Positions 45,685-56,204 of a DNA stretch of 64,000 nt are shown piece after piece. Below the pieces are notes generated by a model that ran no database searches, was not told where the DNA came from, and worked only from the letters and a program-made list of their open reading frames with translations. Within the stretch, counting starts at the first letter, position 1; every line of letters begins with the position of its first letter. Source of the stretch: an uncultured delta proteobacterium (GTDB lineage: Bacteria > Desulfobacterota > Binatia > Binatales > Binataceae). The position numbers were made by a program, and so were the translations under genes. Where the stretch lies: positions 139,134 to 203,133 of the forward strand of contig CAVRJV010000014.1 of assembly GCA_963721485.1 (NCBI GenBank), read 5' to 3'.

Positions 45685-46914
45685 TCACTGCATCAACTGG
45701 TTGAGCTGGAAGATTGGCATCAGCACGGCCAGCATCATGAACACGATAATAGCAGCCATCGCGATCGTCATCACCGGCTCGAGAATCGTCGTCATCTGGC
45801 TCAGCGAGTGCGACACTTCGCGCTCGTAGTTGTCGGCCACGCGCTCGAGCATCCGCTCCAGTTCGCCGGAACGCTCGCCGACGCGGATCATCTCGATCAG
45901 CAGCGGTGGGAACAGCCCGCTCTGCGAAAGCGTCTGCGCCATGCCGTGGCCCTCGCGGATACTCTCGCGGCTCTGCTCGACGGCGTCTTTCAGCAGTCCG
46001 TTGGTCACGACACCCTTGACCGCGTCGAGCGCGGGCAGCAACTGCACGCCGCTGGCGAGCAGGGTGGCCAGCGTACGTGCAAAGCGCGCGCAGATGATTC
46101 GAATCATCGTCGGCCCGAGGTAATAGACCTTCAGGATCGCAGTGTCGTACATCCGCCGGCCACGCGGCGTCGCCATCGCAGCGGTGAATCCCGCCACCAT
46201 TCCGACGATCAGCAGCCCCAGCGGAATCCAGTAGCCCGTGACCAGCGCCGACAAGCCGATCAGGATCTTCGTCGCCATCGGCAAGGCCGCATGCTGCTGC
46301 TCGAATATCGTCGCTACTTGCGGCACCACGTACGCGACCAGGAACGCCATGATACCCGTGCCGACGCACATCATGATGATCGGATAGGTCAGCGCGCCGC
46401 GCACCTTGGTGATGAATTCATTCTGGCGCTCGCTGTACTCGGCCAGCCGATCGAGCACCGCCTCGAGCGCGGCCGCCTGCTCGCCCGCGCGCACCATCCC
46501 GATGTAGAGGTCTGAAAAGACGTCGCGATGATTGCTGAGCGCGTCGGCCAGCGACGAGCCTTCGCGCACGCGCTCGCGCACCTGCGAGAGCATCCGCTTG
46601 GTCGCGGCACGGGCCGATTGATCAGCCAGCGCGCTCAGTGCGTCGACCAACTGCACGCCCGCGCCGAGCAGCGCGCTCAACTGGCGCGTCAGGAGCGCGA
46701 GGTCCGAGGCCGGCATCTTGCGCCGCCACAGCGACGGGAGCCATTCGCGCCGCGCTTCCTGACGCTCGGCGGCGTTACTCTCCTCGTTAAGATCGGTCGG
46801 GAAAATTCCCGAGGCGCGCAGCTTGCCACGGGCGGTGCGCGCGCTGTCGGCGTCGACCACGCCGTTTACCGAACGGCCGTCAGCGCCAAGACCTCGATAA
46901 GCAAATACTGGCAT
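45685..46914 (-). CDS. gspF: type II secretion system inner-membrane platform protein F
   Basis: The ORF is intact at 409 aa and carries two GspF/PilC repeats with TM segments. Confidence 0.85.
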   Translation of the reverse strand: MPVFAYRGLGADGRSVNGVVDADSARTARGKLRASGIFPTDLNEESNAAERQEARREWLPSLWRRKMPASDLALLTRQLSALLGAGVQLVDALSALADQSARAATKRMLSQVRERVREGSSLADALSNHRDVFSDLYIGMVRAGEQAAALEAVLDRLAEYSERQNEFITKVRGALTYPIIMMCVGTGIMAFLVAYVVPQVATIFEQQHAALPMATKILIGLSALVTGYWIPLGLLIVGMVAGFTAAMATPRGRRMYDTAILKVYYLGPTMIRIICARFARTLATLLASGVQLLPALDAVKGVVTNGLLKDAVEQSRESIREGHGMAQTLSQSGLFPPLLIEMIRVGERSGELERMLERVADNYEREVSHSLSQMTTILEPVMTIAMAAIIVFMMLAVLMPIFQLNQLMQ

Positions 46915-46941
46915 CGGTGAAAAAACTTAAGCGCGGGCGCT

Positions 46942-48660
46942 CTAGTCGATGTCTTCCTGCGTGACCCGCAGCAGCTCCTCGATCGAGGTCTCGCCGCGCA
47001 GCACGCGCGCCGCGCCGTCCTGGCGCAGCAGCGTCATCCCCGTGTCGGTGCACTTGCGGCGCAGCATCGCGGCATCGGCTTTCTGCATGACGAGCGAGCG
47101 GATTTCGTCGTCCATGATCATCAATTCCTGGATCGCCATACGGCCGCGGTAGCCGGTGTTGCGGCAAAGCCGGCATCCCTTCGGACGGCAGATTTTGGAG
47201 GTAGCGAGGTCCATCGGCTTGAGTCCGATACGCGAAAGCTCGGACTCGCTGGGGCGGTATGGCTCGCGGCAATCGGGGCAGAGCTTGCGGATAAGGCGCT
47301 GCGCGAGCACGGCGAGAATCGACGACGAGACCAGGAACGGCTCGATGCCCATTTCCACCAGTCGCGTCACCGCGCCGAACGAATCGTTGGTGTGGAGCGT
47401 CGAGAACACGAGATGCCCCGTCAAGGCCGACTGGATTGCGATTTCGGCGGTCTCGGCGTCGCGGATTTCGCCGACCATGATCACGTCGGGATCCTGGCGC
47501 AGAATCGATCGCAGCCCGCTGGCGAACGTCAGTTCGATTTTCGGGTTCACCTGCATCTGGCCGACGCCGCGCAACTGGTACTCGATCGGATCTTCGATCG
47601 TGATGATGTTTTTCTCAGGCGAGTTGATTCTCGACAGACACGCGTACAGCGTCGTCGATTTGCCCGAGCCGGTCGGTCCGGTCGCGAGGATAATCCCGTG
47701 GCTCTGTCTGATTAAGCGATCAAGGCGCTGGAGGTTATCGCCCGAAAAACCGAGATGGTCGAGGTTTACGTCGACGGCGGCTTGCGCGCGATCGAGCAAT
47801 CGCAGCACGATGCGCTCGCCGAACGCGGTCGGTATCGACGAGACGCGCAAGTCGATATCGCGGCCCGCGATGCGCAGGCGGATACGTCCGTCCTGCGGCA
47901 GGCGCTTCTCGGCGATATTGAGACCCGCCATGACCTTGACGCGCGATGTGATCGCCGGCTGAAAGCGCTTCGGCGGCGACAGTACGTCGTAGAGCATGCC
48001 GTCGACGCGGAAGCGGAACACCAGTTCCTTTTCGAAGACTTCGATATGGATGTCCGACGCGCGGTCCTTGACCGCCTGCGACAGCACGCCATTGACCAGC
48101 TTGATAATAGGCGCGGAGTCGTCGGACTCGAGCAAGTCCAGCGGCTCCGAGGCGAGCTCGCTGGCGACCACGTCGAGCCGCTCTTCCTGCAGGTCGATCA
48201 TCAGATCTTCGGCCGAAGTAGCCGACGCCTGGTCGTATGCGCGGTTGATAGCCTCGGCGATAACTTCGGCCGGCGCGACCAGCGGATTTATCTGGGCGCC
48301 GTAGAGGATTCGCAAATCGTCGAGCGGCTCGAAGTTGGCCGGATCGGCAATCGCGACAGTCACCGTGCCGTTCTCGCTCGACAGCGGGATCAGCCGATTC
48401 TTCTTCGCGTAGTTGATTGGAATTTTCGAGACGAGGGTCGGGTCGAGCGAGTTCTCATCGATATGCGCCTGGAACGGCATCCGGTATTCCTGCGCGAGCG
48501 CGCGCGCGAGGCGCTGAGGCTCCAGCGCGCCCATCTCGACCAGCACATCGGCCAGCTCCTGCCCGGGCTTTTTGCGCTGGCGCGCCTTGTCGAGATCTTG
48601 GGCAGAAACCCATGATCGGTCGAGCAGAATTGCCTCGAAACTTTTGCGTGCGGTCGCCAT
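46942..48660 (-). CDS. gspE: type II secretion system ATPase E
   Basis: The ORF is intact at 572 aa. It has Walker A (ILATGPTGSGKSTTL), Walker B and the tetracysteine motif (CPDC...CRLC). Confidence 0.9.
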   Translation of the reverse strand: MATARKSFEAILLDRSWVSAQDLDKARQRKKPGQELADVLVEMGALEPQRLARALAQEYRMPFQAHIDENSLDPTLVSKIPINYAKKNRLIPLSSENGTVTVAIADPANFEPLDDLRILYGAQINPLVAPAEVIAEAINRAYDQASATSAEDLMIDLQEERLDVVASELASEPLDLLESDDSAPIIKLVNGVLSQAVKDRASDIHIEVFEKELVFRFRVDGMLYDVLSPPKRFQPAITSRVKVMAGLNIAEKRLPQDGRIRLRIAGRDIDLRVSSIPTAFGERIVLRLLDRAQAAVDVNLDHLGFSGDNLQRLDRLIRQSHGIILATGPTGSGKSTTLYACLSRINSPEKNIITIEDPIEYQLRGVGQMQVNPKIELTFASGLRSILRQDPDVIMVGEIRDAETAEIAIQSALTGHLVFSTLHTNDSFGAVTRLVEMGIEPFLVSSSILAVLAQRLIRKLCPDCREPYRPSESELSRIGLKPMDLATSKICRPKGCRLCRNTGYRGRMAIQELMIMDDEIRSLVMQKADAAMLRRKCTDTGMTLLRQDGAARVLRGETSIEELLRVTQEDID

Positions 48661-48852
48661 CAGGCAAGCACCTCATCGGCGACAAGCCGTGTCGATTCAA
48701 GTCATATCCAGTCATTTTCAACGACAATGCCACCACACCGAACTTACCACCATTCCCCCCGTTCGGGGTCAATTAGACACGATGGTTCTGGCTAGTTGCA
48801 AGTATGCGTTCCCCATAGCACAGCCCAGTTTTGCAGCCATTTTACAGCGACT

Positions 48853-49314
48853 CTAGTAGTGCACTGCGCCGGGCTGTGTCTCGGTTCCGTTCCCAATCGG
48901 TCCCTGGCTGATCCCCAACCCGATCCCCGTATGTCCCTTGGCCGGCATCGTATGCTCGGCTTCCTGCCATGAGACGAGTTTACCCCCCACAAACTTCAAA
49001 TCGAGGAAAGTGCCCTTGTCGCCGTCCTTGGCCGAGGTGTAGAGCAAGGCCGCCGTAACGTCGTTGCTGTTAGGTTTGTAGGCGTAGCTCCAGACCTCGG
49101 TATCGCCCGGCAGGTAGGTGCGGAGGTCCGGCTCGCCCCAAGAATGATGTATCTCGGGCGAGGTCTGCCCGACCTGCAGCGAATCTGACATCCGCGTCGC
49201 CTTGATCCGAGTCCCGGCCTGGTAGGCCAGCCCGCACCCGGAAACGAGCGCCGCGAACACGATAATGAGCAATGTGTATCGGAAAAATCGCAATCTATTC
49301 GTCATTCGATCCAT
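48853..49314 (-). CDS. small lipoprotein, hypothetical
   Basis: The signal peptide MDRMTNRLRFFRYTLLIIVFAALVSGC carries a lipobox (LVSGC). It lies in the distal part of ORF 48853-49695; the upstream remainder of that ORF looks non-coding. Confidence 0.55.
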   Translation of the reverse strand: MDRMTNRLRFFRYTLLIIVFAALVSGCGLAYQAGTRIKATRMSDSLQVGQTSPEIHHSWGEPDLRTYLPGDTEVWSYAYKPNSNDVTAALLYTSAKDGDKGTFLDLKFVGGKLVSWQEAEHTMPAKGHTGIGLGISQGPIGNGTETQPGAVHY

Positions 49315-49392
49315 CGGCGCGATTCTGTGGGCGCCATCCTTGATTGTCAACGTTATGCTATAGAGCAACGGATATGAACGAGGGAGACCCCG

Positions 49393-49632
49393 ATGGCCCG
49401 TAAGCTGACTCTGGTGAAGGGAAGGTCGCAGCGCGGCTCGCTGGTTTACGGGATGCGCATCTTCGATGTGGGCAGCGTCGCCGGTGTCGAGGATGCGCGC
49501 GTCAACCTGGCCGACGGCACCAGCGGGCGCGTCACGATGCATCTGATCGAAGGCACGCGAGTGCAAATACGGCGGCAACTGATGCAAAGCATCGACGCAT
49601 TTTTCGAACTGCTCGGACGAGCAGTAATATAA
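49393..49632 (+). CDS. hypothetical small protein (79 aa)
   Basis: Support is an ORF only, in the intergenic space upstream of the crotonase gene. No recognisable motif was found. Confidence 0.25.
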   Translation: MARKLTLVKGRSQRGSLVYGMRIFDVGSVAGVEDARVNLADGTSGRVTMHLIEGTRVQIRRQLMQSIDAFFELLGRAVI

Positions 49633-49654
49633 TTTCCGAATGGACGGTGAAAAA

Positions 49655-50444
49655 ATGGATCTGAAATTCATCAAGTACGAGAAGCGCAACCACATCGCCT
49701 ACATCACCTTCAACCGGCCCGAGCGGATGAACGCGCTGCATCCGCCCTGTCACGTCGAGATGGACCAGGTGTGGGACGACTTCGTCGCCGACAAGTCGGC
49801 GTGGGTCGCGATCGTCACGGGCGCCGGCGACAAGGGCTTCTCGGCCGGCAACGATTTGCGCTGGACCGCGGAGAATCGCGCGGCAGGTCTCGGAGGTGCT
49901 TCGCAGGCCAAGGGCGGCTTCGCCGGCATCACCGCGCGCTACGACATCTACAAGCCGATCATCGCGGCGGTGAACGGCTTCGCGCTCGGCGGCGGATTCG
50001 AGATCGCGCTCGCCTGCGACATCATCATCGCAGCCGAGCACGCGCGCTTCGGGTTGCCGGAACCGCGCGTCGGCCTGATGGCGGCGGCGGGCGGCGTGCA
50101 TCGCCTCCCGCGGCACATCCCGCTCAAACTCGCGATGGGCATGATGCTGACGGGCAAGCACATCACGGCGGCGGACGCGCTGCAATTCGGAATCGCCAAC
50201 GAGGTCGTGCCGCTCAAGGACTTGATTCCGACGGCCGAGAAATGGGCGGCGCGAGATCATGGAATGCTCGCCGCTGTCGGTGCAGGCCACGAAGCAGGCC
50301 GCGATGGACGGCCTCGGCCTGCCGGTGGAAGACGCGAACGCGAAGCACTACGACTGTGCGACGAAACTTTCGGCATCGAAGGACGCAATCGAGGGCCCGC
50401 TGGCATTCTCGGAAAAGCGAAAACCGAACTGGACGGGAGAGTAG
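49655..50444 (+). CDS. enoyl-CoA hydratase/isomerase family; frameshift near 50250
   Basis: AYITFNRPERMNAL, IVTGAGDKGFSAGNDL and IAAVNGFALGGGFEIALACD are in ORF 49640-50491. The C-terminus (EGPLAFSEKRKPNWTGE) is in ORF 50259-50444. Confidence 0.8.
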
Positions 50445-50831
50445 GGCGGCTCGCCCGAGGCGGGCGCTTGGAGGCGAGGAGTCGCAGCTAGAATGCACGA
50501 ACTCTGGCTACTGCACGACACGATCGCATCGCTAGTCGTCGGCGCGACGACGGCAGCCTTCCCGCCGGTCGACACGGGCGCATTCTGGACCATCGTCGCG
50601 TTCTACGGCGTAGTCTCGATTTTCTTCGACGACGAAACCCCGCGCGGCGTCCCCGGCATGGATTACTTCTACGCCACCAGGCCGCATCTGAAAGATCCGC
50701 AGAGTTAAGCGGCTGCGCTTCCGAAGAAAATTGTAGCGGCGAGAACAAAAGGTTTGACCAAATGTGGGCCCTTTCGTTTGACATATGGCATGCACGGGTT
50801 GTGTCCGGTTGTGCTACGATTACCGCCATAG

Positions 50832-51089
50832 GTGACAGGCATGCCGATAAATTCTGTGATCCCCTCTCCGATTTTCGAGACGCTCGGGGCGTCCGAGGAA
50901 ACCCTGCGGTCCACGCTCGCCGAGCTGGCCGAAGACAAACGCAAGCAGCGGCCGAACATCTCGGAGCGCAAGCTCGCTGAGTACCTGGCCGATCAGATGG
51001 GCTATCGCGGCGCAAAGAATGTCGAGGCGCTGGTGGCCTCGCGCGAGCGAATCGCGAAATCGCGGCAGGCCGTTGGCTTGAACAAGTAG
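50832..51089 (+). CDS. hypothetical small protein (85 aa)
   Basis: Support is an ORF only. It is charged and helical (LAELAEDKRKQRPNISERKLAEYLADQMGYRGAKNVEALVASRERIAKSRQ). Confidence 0.3.
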   Translation: MTGMPINSVIPSPIFETLGASEETLRSTLAELAEDKRKQRPNISERKLAEYLADQMGYRGAKNVEALVASRERIAKSRQAVGLNK

Positions 51090-51095
51090 TTCCCC

Positions 51096-51816
51096 TCAGT
51101 GCCCGAGGTGGCGGCCGAAGAACGCAGCGATGCGTGTCCAACTGTCTTCGGCGGCCTCGGGATTGTACTCCGCCTTCATCGGGCCGATTTTCCCGATCCA
51201 CGGCAGGAATCCGCTGTTGCGGCTCATGAAGCTGTGGCCCGCGTCTTCGTAGACTTTCACGTCGTGATCGATTCCCATCTCGGTTAGCAGCTTTTCGAGC
51301 CGGCGTCCCTGCGCCGCGAACATGCGATCTTGCCCGCCGTAGCCGCCGAGCACGGGACATACACCGCGTAACTGATCGGCAGTTTTCGGTACGTCGCCGT
51401 AGAATGTCGCGGCGACGCCGAGCGGAGCGCGCGCCGCGTACATCAGGGCGAAGCCGCCGCCCATGCAAAAGCCGATCACACCGATACGCGCAGTGTCGAC
51501 GCCGGGTTGTTGCTGCAGGAAAATCCGCGCCGCATCGAGATCCTCGAACGCGTCGCCCTCGCCGCGATTCAATGTCATCAGCGTGCGCGCGATACAGATG
51601 AGACGCGCGCCTTGTCGATCATAGAGGTCAGGCGCGAGGGCTGCGTAGCCGAGGTCGGCGACCATCCCGGTGATACGCCGGATGTCGTCGTTGAGCCCGA
51701 AGATTTCGTGGATAACGATCACGCCGGGATGTTTCTCGACGCCGGCAGGCGCGGCATAAGCAGCGCGCATCGGGCGTCCGTCGTCGAGCGGGGAAGGTGA
51801 TGTCAGTGGTGGTCAT
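51096..51816 (-). CDS. dienelactone hydrolase family protein; N-terminal frameshift
   Basis: HPGVIVIHEIFGLNDDI is followed by the nucleophile motif GVIGFCMGGGFAL and a His region (YEDAGHSF). The N-terminus MTTTDITFP (ORF 51628-51816) is in another frame. Confidence 0.8.
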
Positions 51817-51830
51817 CGGATACTCCTTAA

Positions 51831-51889
51831 CACTGGGTGCAGGGGGTCCCCCCTGCCGAAGGAAGTTTGAAACCCACCGCGGGTTTCAA
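51831..51889 (-). repeat. intergenic repeat family B, copy 1 (inverted orientation; hairpin tgaaacccNNNNgggtttca + cttccttcggcaggggNNcccctgcac)
   Basis: Its reverse complement matches the 5' part of the copies at 52838-52929 and 56213-56304. Confidence 0.75.
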
Positions 51890-51895
51890 GTTAGA

Positions 51896-52777
51896 TTAAT
51901 TCTTCTTGTTCCCTTTTTTCTTCGACGCGCGATTCTTCGAGCGCGGGCCCGAGCCATAATCGCCGAATGGATCGTCGCGATCGCGGACTGCCTGCCGAAA
52001 TCCTGCTGCTTGCGCGCGCGCGACGAAATCGAGGCCTTCCTGCGTGTGCCGCGCGATCCCGTCGAACAGCGATCCAACCAGCCTCGACGTCGCGAGGCCC
52101 ATATTCTCCGCCGTGTGATTGCAGAGCAGCTTCAGCATCTGCAGTTGATTCGTCGGCACTCGCGCCATCCGCTCGGCCAGCGCGGTCGCGCGCGCGTCGA
52201 GTTCGTCGTCGGGGACGGTTTCGAGAATCAGTCCGATACGCGCAGCTTCGGGCGCGGGGATTTCATCGCCGGTCAGCAAGTAACGCTTGGCGCGTTCGAG
52301 GCCCATCCGATAGACCCACATCGCGGTGGTCGGCGTGCCCCACACCCGCGACGGCGGATAGCCGAACGACGCCGACTCGGCGGCGATGATCAGGTCGGCG
52401 CATAGCACCATGTCGGTGCCGCCGCCGATACACCATCCGTGAACCGCGGCGATAGTCGGTTTCCGCGCGTACCAGAGCTTCATGTAGACGTTGACGTATT
52501 GCGAGATCATCCCGTAGTCGGCGACCGAGTCCCACACGCGCTTGCGCGACCCTTCGCCGGCCTGCGCGCGGGTCGAGCCGTCGAGTGCGTAGCCGGCGCA
52601 GAACGCGGGACCCTCGGCGCGAAGCAGGATTACGTGGACGCCTGGGTCGGCGTCGGCGCGATCGATCGCGGCGGCCAGCTCGTCGCGCAGGTCGGGAGTG
52701 ATCGTGTTGTACTCGGCAGCGCGCGTGAGCGTGATGATACCGACGCCGTTGCGAGTCTCGGTGCGCAGAGTTTTCAT
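51896..52777 (-). CDS. enoyl-CoA hydratase/isomerase family
   Basis: The ORF is intact at 293 aa. It carries ILLRAEGPAFCAGYAL and IAAVHGWCIGGGTDMVLCADLIIAAE. Confidence 0.85.
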   Translation of the reverse strand: MKTLRTETRNGVGIITLTRAAEYNTITPDLRDELAAAIDRADADPGVHVILLRAEGPAFCAGYALDGSTRAQAGEGSRKRVWDSVADYGMISQYVNVYMKLWYARKPTIAAVHGWCIGGGTDMVLCADLIIAAESASFGYPPSRVWGTPTTAMWVYRMGLERAKRYLLTGDEIPAPEAARIGLILETVPDDELDARATALAERMARVPTNQLQMLKLLCNHTAENMGLATSRLVGSLFDGIARHTQEGLDFVARAQAAGFRQAVRDRDDPFGDYGSGPRSKNRASKKKGNKKN

Positions 52778-52837
52778 GGGAGTCGGATATAGCAGAGCAC
52801 GTAGGGAAAGGGGGAAGGGCAGATCACTTTATTTTAA

Positions 52838-52929
52838 TGTGAAACCCGACGTGGGTTTCACGCTTCCTTCGGCAGGGGTAACCCCTGCACCTTGGCATCA
52901 AGAAAAGATGCGGGACTTCGTCCCTGTTA
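52838..52929 (+). repeat. intergenic repeat family B, copy 2
   Basis: The sequence is tgtgaaacccgacgtgggtttcacgcttccttcggcaggggtaacccctgcac...agatgcgggacttcgtccctgttag. It is about 90% identical to copy 3. Confidence 0.8.
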
Positions 52930-52952
52930 GAACGTTTGAGCGACGAGCGTCG

Positions 52953-53648
52953 TCAGGCTGCCTTCGGCTTTTTCTGCACCGGCGGGGTGGTCTCGCTCAT
53001 GCGGCGCGTCACTTCCTCGTCGCTCATTGTCCAGATGCGATTGTCGGGCGGGTAATCCATCAGCGGCTTCGACGGATCGGGCTTCGGCTGCGCGACTTTG
53101 CCGCCCTTCGATTCGAACGGCGCGGGATGCTTGTACTTCTCGACTTCGTCCGCACTTATTCCCGCCAGCGCCTGGACTTCGGGATCGATCCATGCCTCAG
53201 CGTCGATCGAGCCGCCGTCCGAGGTCGAGAACTCGAGCATGATTCCCTCGGGCGCTGCCAGGTAGATCGATTTGCAGAAGCCGTGATCGAGCGGGCCCAT
53301 CACCCAGTGTCCGTGCGAGCGGACGCGGTCGCGAATCGCAAGCAAGTCGGCGTAGGTGTCGACGTTGAGCGCCAGATGCTGCATCGCGCCAGGCGCGACG
53401 TTCTGCGTCGTGTGTCCCGCGTGCGAGACGCCCTTGATTGGCTGGATCTTGGCGATGTCGGGATGCTGGACGAAAGCGATCGACGAGCTGTCGCTCAGCT
53501 TCATGAAGCCGTGGAAGGTGTTGTCGACCCCATGCATCCAGTAGAGCGCGACCAGTTCCATCCCGACGACTTGCGAGAAGTAGTCGATCTGCTGCTTGAT
53601 GTCCTTGGTGCAGATAGCGAGGTGATGCACTCCGTTGGGCAAACCCAT
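52953..53648 (-). CDS. VOC family protein (glyoxalase/bleomycin-resistance/extradiol dioxygenase fold)
   Basis: The ORF is intact at 231 aa. It shows two beta-alpha-beta-beta-beta modules (GVHHLAICTKD...; MQHLALNVD...). Confidence 0.75.
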   Translation of the reverse strand: MGLPNGVHHLAICTKDIKQQIDYFSQVVGMELVALYWMHGVDNTFHGFMKLSDSSSIAFVQHPDIAKIQPIKGVSHAGHTTQNVAPGAMQHLALNVDTYADLLAIRDRVRSHGHWVMGPLDHGFCKSIYLAAPEGIMLEFSTSDGGSIDAEAWIDPEVQALAGISADEVEKYKHPAPFESKGGKVAQPKPDPSKPLMDYPPDNRIWTMSDEEVTRRMSETTPPVQKKPKAA

Positions 53649-53776
53649 GATGCCGACCTCCGTGGTGAGTGATCCTGTTCTGCCACAACGAGAGCTTGAA
53701 GGGAACTGCCTGATCCTTCGCCCGTTATTTTCACGGGAGAGGTTAGGTGAGGGTTCTGCGATTCGAGCAGAAAACG

Positions 53777-54676
53777 TTAACCGATGATCTTATTCAACGG
53801 GAACTCGACGATTCCCACTGCGCCTGCCTCGAGCAGTTTCGGGAACAGCTCGCGCACTGTCTGCTCGGTGATCACAGTCTCGACGGCCAGCCATTCGACG
53901 CCCTTGAGCGCCTTCGACGGGTAGAGATGCGATATGGTCGGCGCCGTGATCGACGGCAGCAGGGCGATCACTTTTTCGAGATTCTCTTTCGCGCAATTCA
54001 TCTTGATCCCGACGCGATTCTCGGCGTCGAGCGCGCCGCGAATCAGGATGCCGATCTGCCGAATCTTGGCCTGCTTCCACTTATCCGTCCACGCCGCCGG
54101 ATTGGCGACCAGCACCGGATTCGAGGTCATCAGCTCCTCGACGATGCGCAGGCCGTTGGCGCGAATCGACGATCCGGTCTCGGTCACGTCGATCGCCGCG
54201 TCGATGATGCCCTCGGCGACCTTGGCCTCGGTCGCGCCCCATGAAAATTCAACTTCTGCTTTAACTTTGCGCTCGGCCAGGATTCGCTTGACGAACTGCA
54301 CCAACTCGGTCGCGATTCGCTTGCCCTGCAGATCTTCGAGCCGCTTGACCGGCGAATCGTTGCGCACGTACAGCACCCATCGCGAGGGCGTCAGCGTCGC
54401 CTTGGCGTAGATGAAGCTCTCGACCTGCTCGAGCTTGACGTTGTTCTCGACGATCCAGTCGCTGCCGGTGATGCCCGCGTCGAGCGATCCGTCCGCGATA
54501 TACCGCGGCATCTCTTGCGGCCGCAGGATGCGGCAGCTCAGCGCCGCGTCGTCAGTCGCCGGTATGTATGAGCGCGCGTCGGCGGTGATGCGCCAACCGG
54601 ACTTGCGCATCAGCTCGAGCGTCTGATTCTCGAGGCTTCCTTTCGGGATGCCGAATTTCAGAACCTTGTCAGCCAT
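53777..54676 (-). CDS. hisG: ATP phosphoribosyltransferase, long form
   Basis: MADKVLKFGIPKGSL has its ATG at 54674-54676. The protein is about 299 aa with a C-terminal regulatory domain, and the core carries DAAIDVTETGSS. Confidence 0.85.
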   Translation of the reverse strand: MADKVLKFGIPKGSLENQTLELMRKSGWRITADARSYIPATDDAALSCRILRPQEMPRYIADGSLDAGITGSDWIVENNVKLEQVESFIYAKATLTPSRWVLYVRNDSPVKRLEDLQGKRIATELVQFVKRILAERKVKAEVEFSWGATEAKVAEGIIDAAIDVTETGSSIRANGLRIVEELMTSNPVLVANPAAWTDKWKQAKIRQIGILIRGALDAENRVGIKMNCAKENLEKVIALLPSITAPTISHLYPSKALKGVEWLAVETVITEQTVRELFPKLLEAGAVGIVEFPLNKIIG

Positions 54677-54683
54677 GTTCGAA

Positions 54684-55124
54684 TCAACCGGCCGGCTTCT
54701 TTTGATGCCCGTAGTTGGGGCCGTACTTGGCGGGATCGACTTTGCGCTGGTCGACGACCTTCCATGCGCCACCGTCGAGCTTGCGAAAGAAGCACGACTC
54801 GTAGCCCTCGTGGCATGCGGCGCCGTCGCCGCGCTGCTCGACCGCGACCACGACCGCGTCGGCATCGCAATCGATGCGAATCTCGTGCACGATTTGAAAA
54901 TTTCCCGACTCTTCGCCCTTGCGCCACAGCTTGTTGCGCGATCGCGAGAAGTAGCACGCGCGGCCGGTCGCGATCGTCTCGTCGAAGGCCTCGCGATTCA
55001 TGTAGGCGACCATCAGCACGCGATGGCTCTGGTGATCGACGGCGATCGCGGCGACGACGCCGCCGTTCTTGTCGAAATCGATTTCCGCCGATGCATCCGA
55101 GCCCGCTTGTGCATTCGTTGCCAT
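54684..55124 (-). CDS. hisI: phosphoribosyl-AMP cyclohydrolase (monofunctional)
   Basis: [27 protein letters not shown]...[28 protein letters not shown] identifies it. It is about 146 aa, with ATG at 55122-55124, and lies immediately upstream of hisG. Confidence 0.85.
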   Translation of the reverse strand: MATNAQAGSDASAEIDFDKNGGVVAAIAVDHQSHRVLMVAYMNREAFDETIATGRACYFSRSRNKLWRKGEESGNFQIVHEIRIDCDADAVVVAVEQRGDGAACHEGYESCFFRKLDGGAWKVVDQRKVDPAKYGPNYGHQKKPAG

Positions 55125-55321
55125 TACTTTTCCCGAATTCGATAGTGCACTAAAATAAATATAGCGCTTGTGAACCAAGCAGTATCGGTCAAACCCCGGT
55201 GCGATTCAATGCGGCATGTTGTGCGCGCCACGCCTGCCTGTTTAAAAATAGCGACAATGCGAGTAGATTACGGGCCGATGTCAGACGGCTTACCGGGCGC
55301 CTCGCCCGTTCACAATTAAAC

Positions 55322-56186
55322 ATGCATCCATTCAAAGCGCGAAGATTGGTGAAGCTTTCTATTGTGGCGATCATGCTCGCCGTGTCGTCGATCGCATGCC
55401 ATATCCCCGGCAAATCGATCGCGTCGAATTACAACAACGTCGATCAGTTCAACTTCGACGTTGCGCATGGGCCCAAGAATTACCATATCGAGGGCTACCT
55501 GACGCGCAGCAGCGAGCAGGGTCGGCGCCCCGGTCTGCTGGTGCCTCAACGGCGGCGAGGGCAACGTCGATCAGTGCGTCAAGATGAGCCAGGGAATCGC
55601 CGCGATGGGAATCCAGGTCGCGTGCGTGAGTATCCCCGGCTACGGCAATTCGTCGGGACCGAGCCGCTTCGTCGGGACAGCCGTCGGTGCTGGCGTCGCG
55701 CAAGGCGCTCGACCTGCTGGCAGGGCGCAACAACGTCGATGCGTCGCGGCTGGCGGTCTGGGGTCTTGGGCATGGCGCAGTCGCGGCGGGCTTGTTGATG
55801 GACTACGACTCGCGGCCGCGCGCGCTGATACTTGAATCGGGATGCTACGATCCGCTGTCGCTGTGGCCGAGGCGCCGCTGCGCACCAAGCTGTCGATCCT
55901 TCGCGAAGTATGGCCCAGCAAGCGGATATTGCAGGAGCGCAGCGTAATGGCGCATCTGCCGTCAAAGCTCGATATCAGCGTGTTGATCATGCACGGCCAG
56001 CAGGATAACCGGATGCCGGTGGGACAGGCGGTAAAGCTCGCGGACGCATTGCGCGAGCGCGGCGCGAAAGTCCAGACGTATTATTTTCCGCAGGCGTCGC
56101 ATGACCTCGGGAAGCGCGTCGAGCCCGAGCTGCGCGCGTTCCTGCGCGACAACCTGCTCGACACGAATCGCGCCGCCGCATCGTAA
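55322..56186 (+). CDS. secreted alpha/beta hydrolase (dienelactone hydrolase/peptidase S9-like); frameshifted
   Basis: The signal peptide MHPFKARRLVKLSIVAIMLAVSSIAC is followed by a nucleophile region (LAVWGLGHGAVAAG) in frame 55687. The C-terminal His region (IMHGQQDNRMPV...QASHDL) is in ORF 55842-56186. Confidence 0.6.
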
Positions 56187-56204
56187 GGGCAAGCAGAATT
56201 CACG

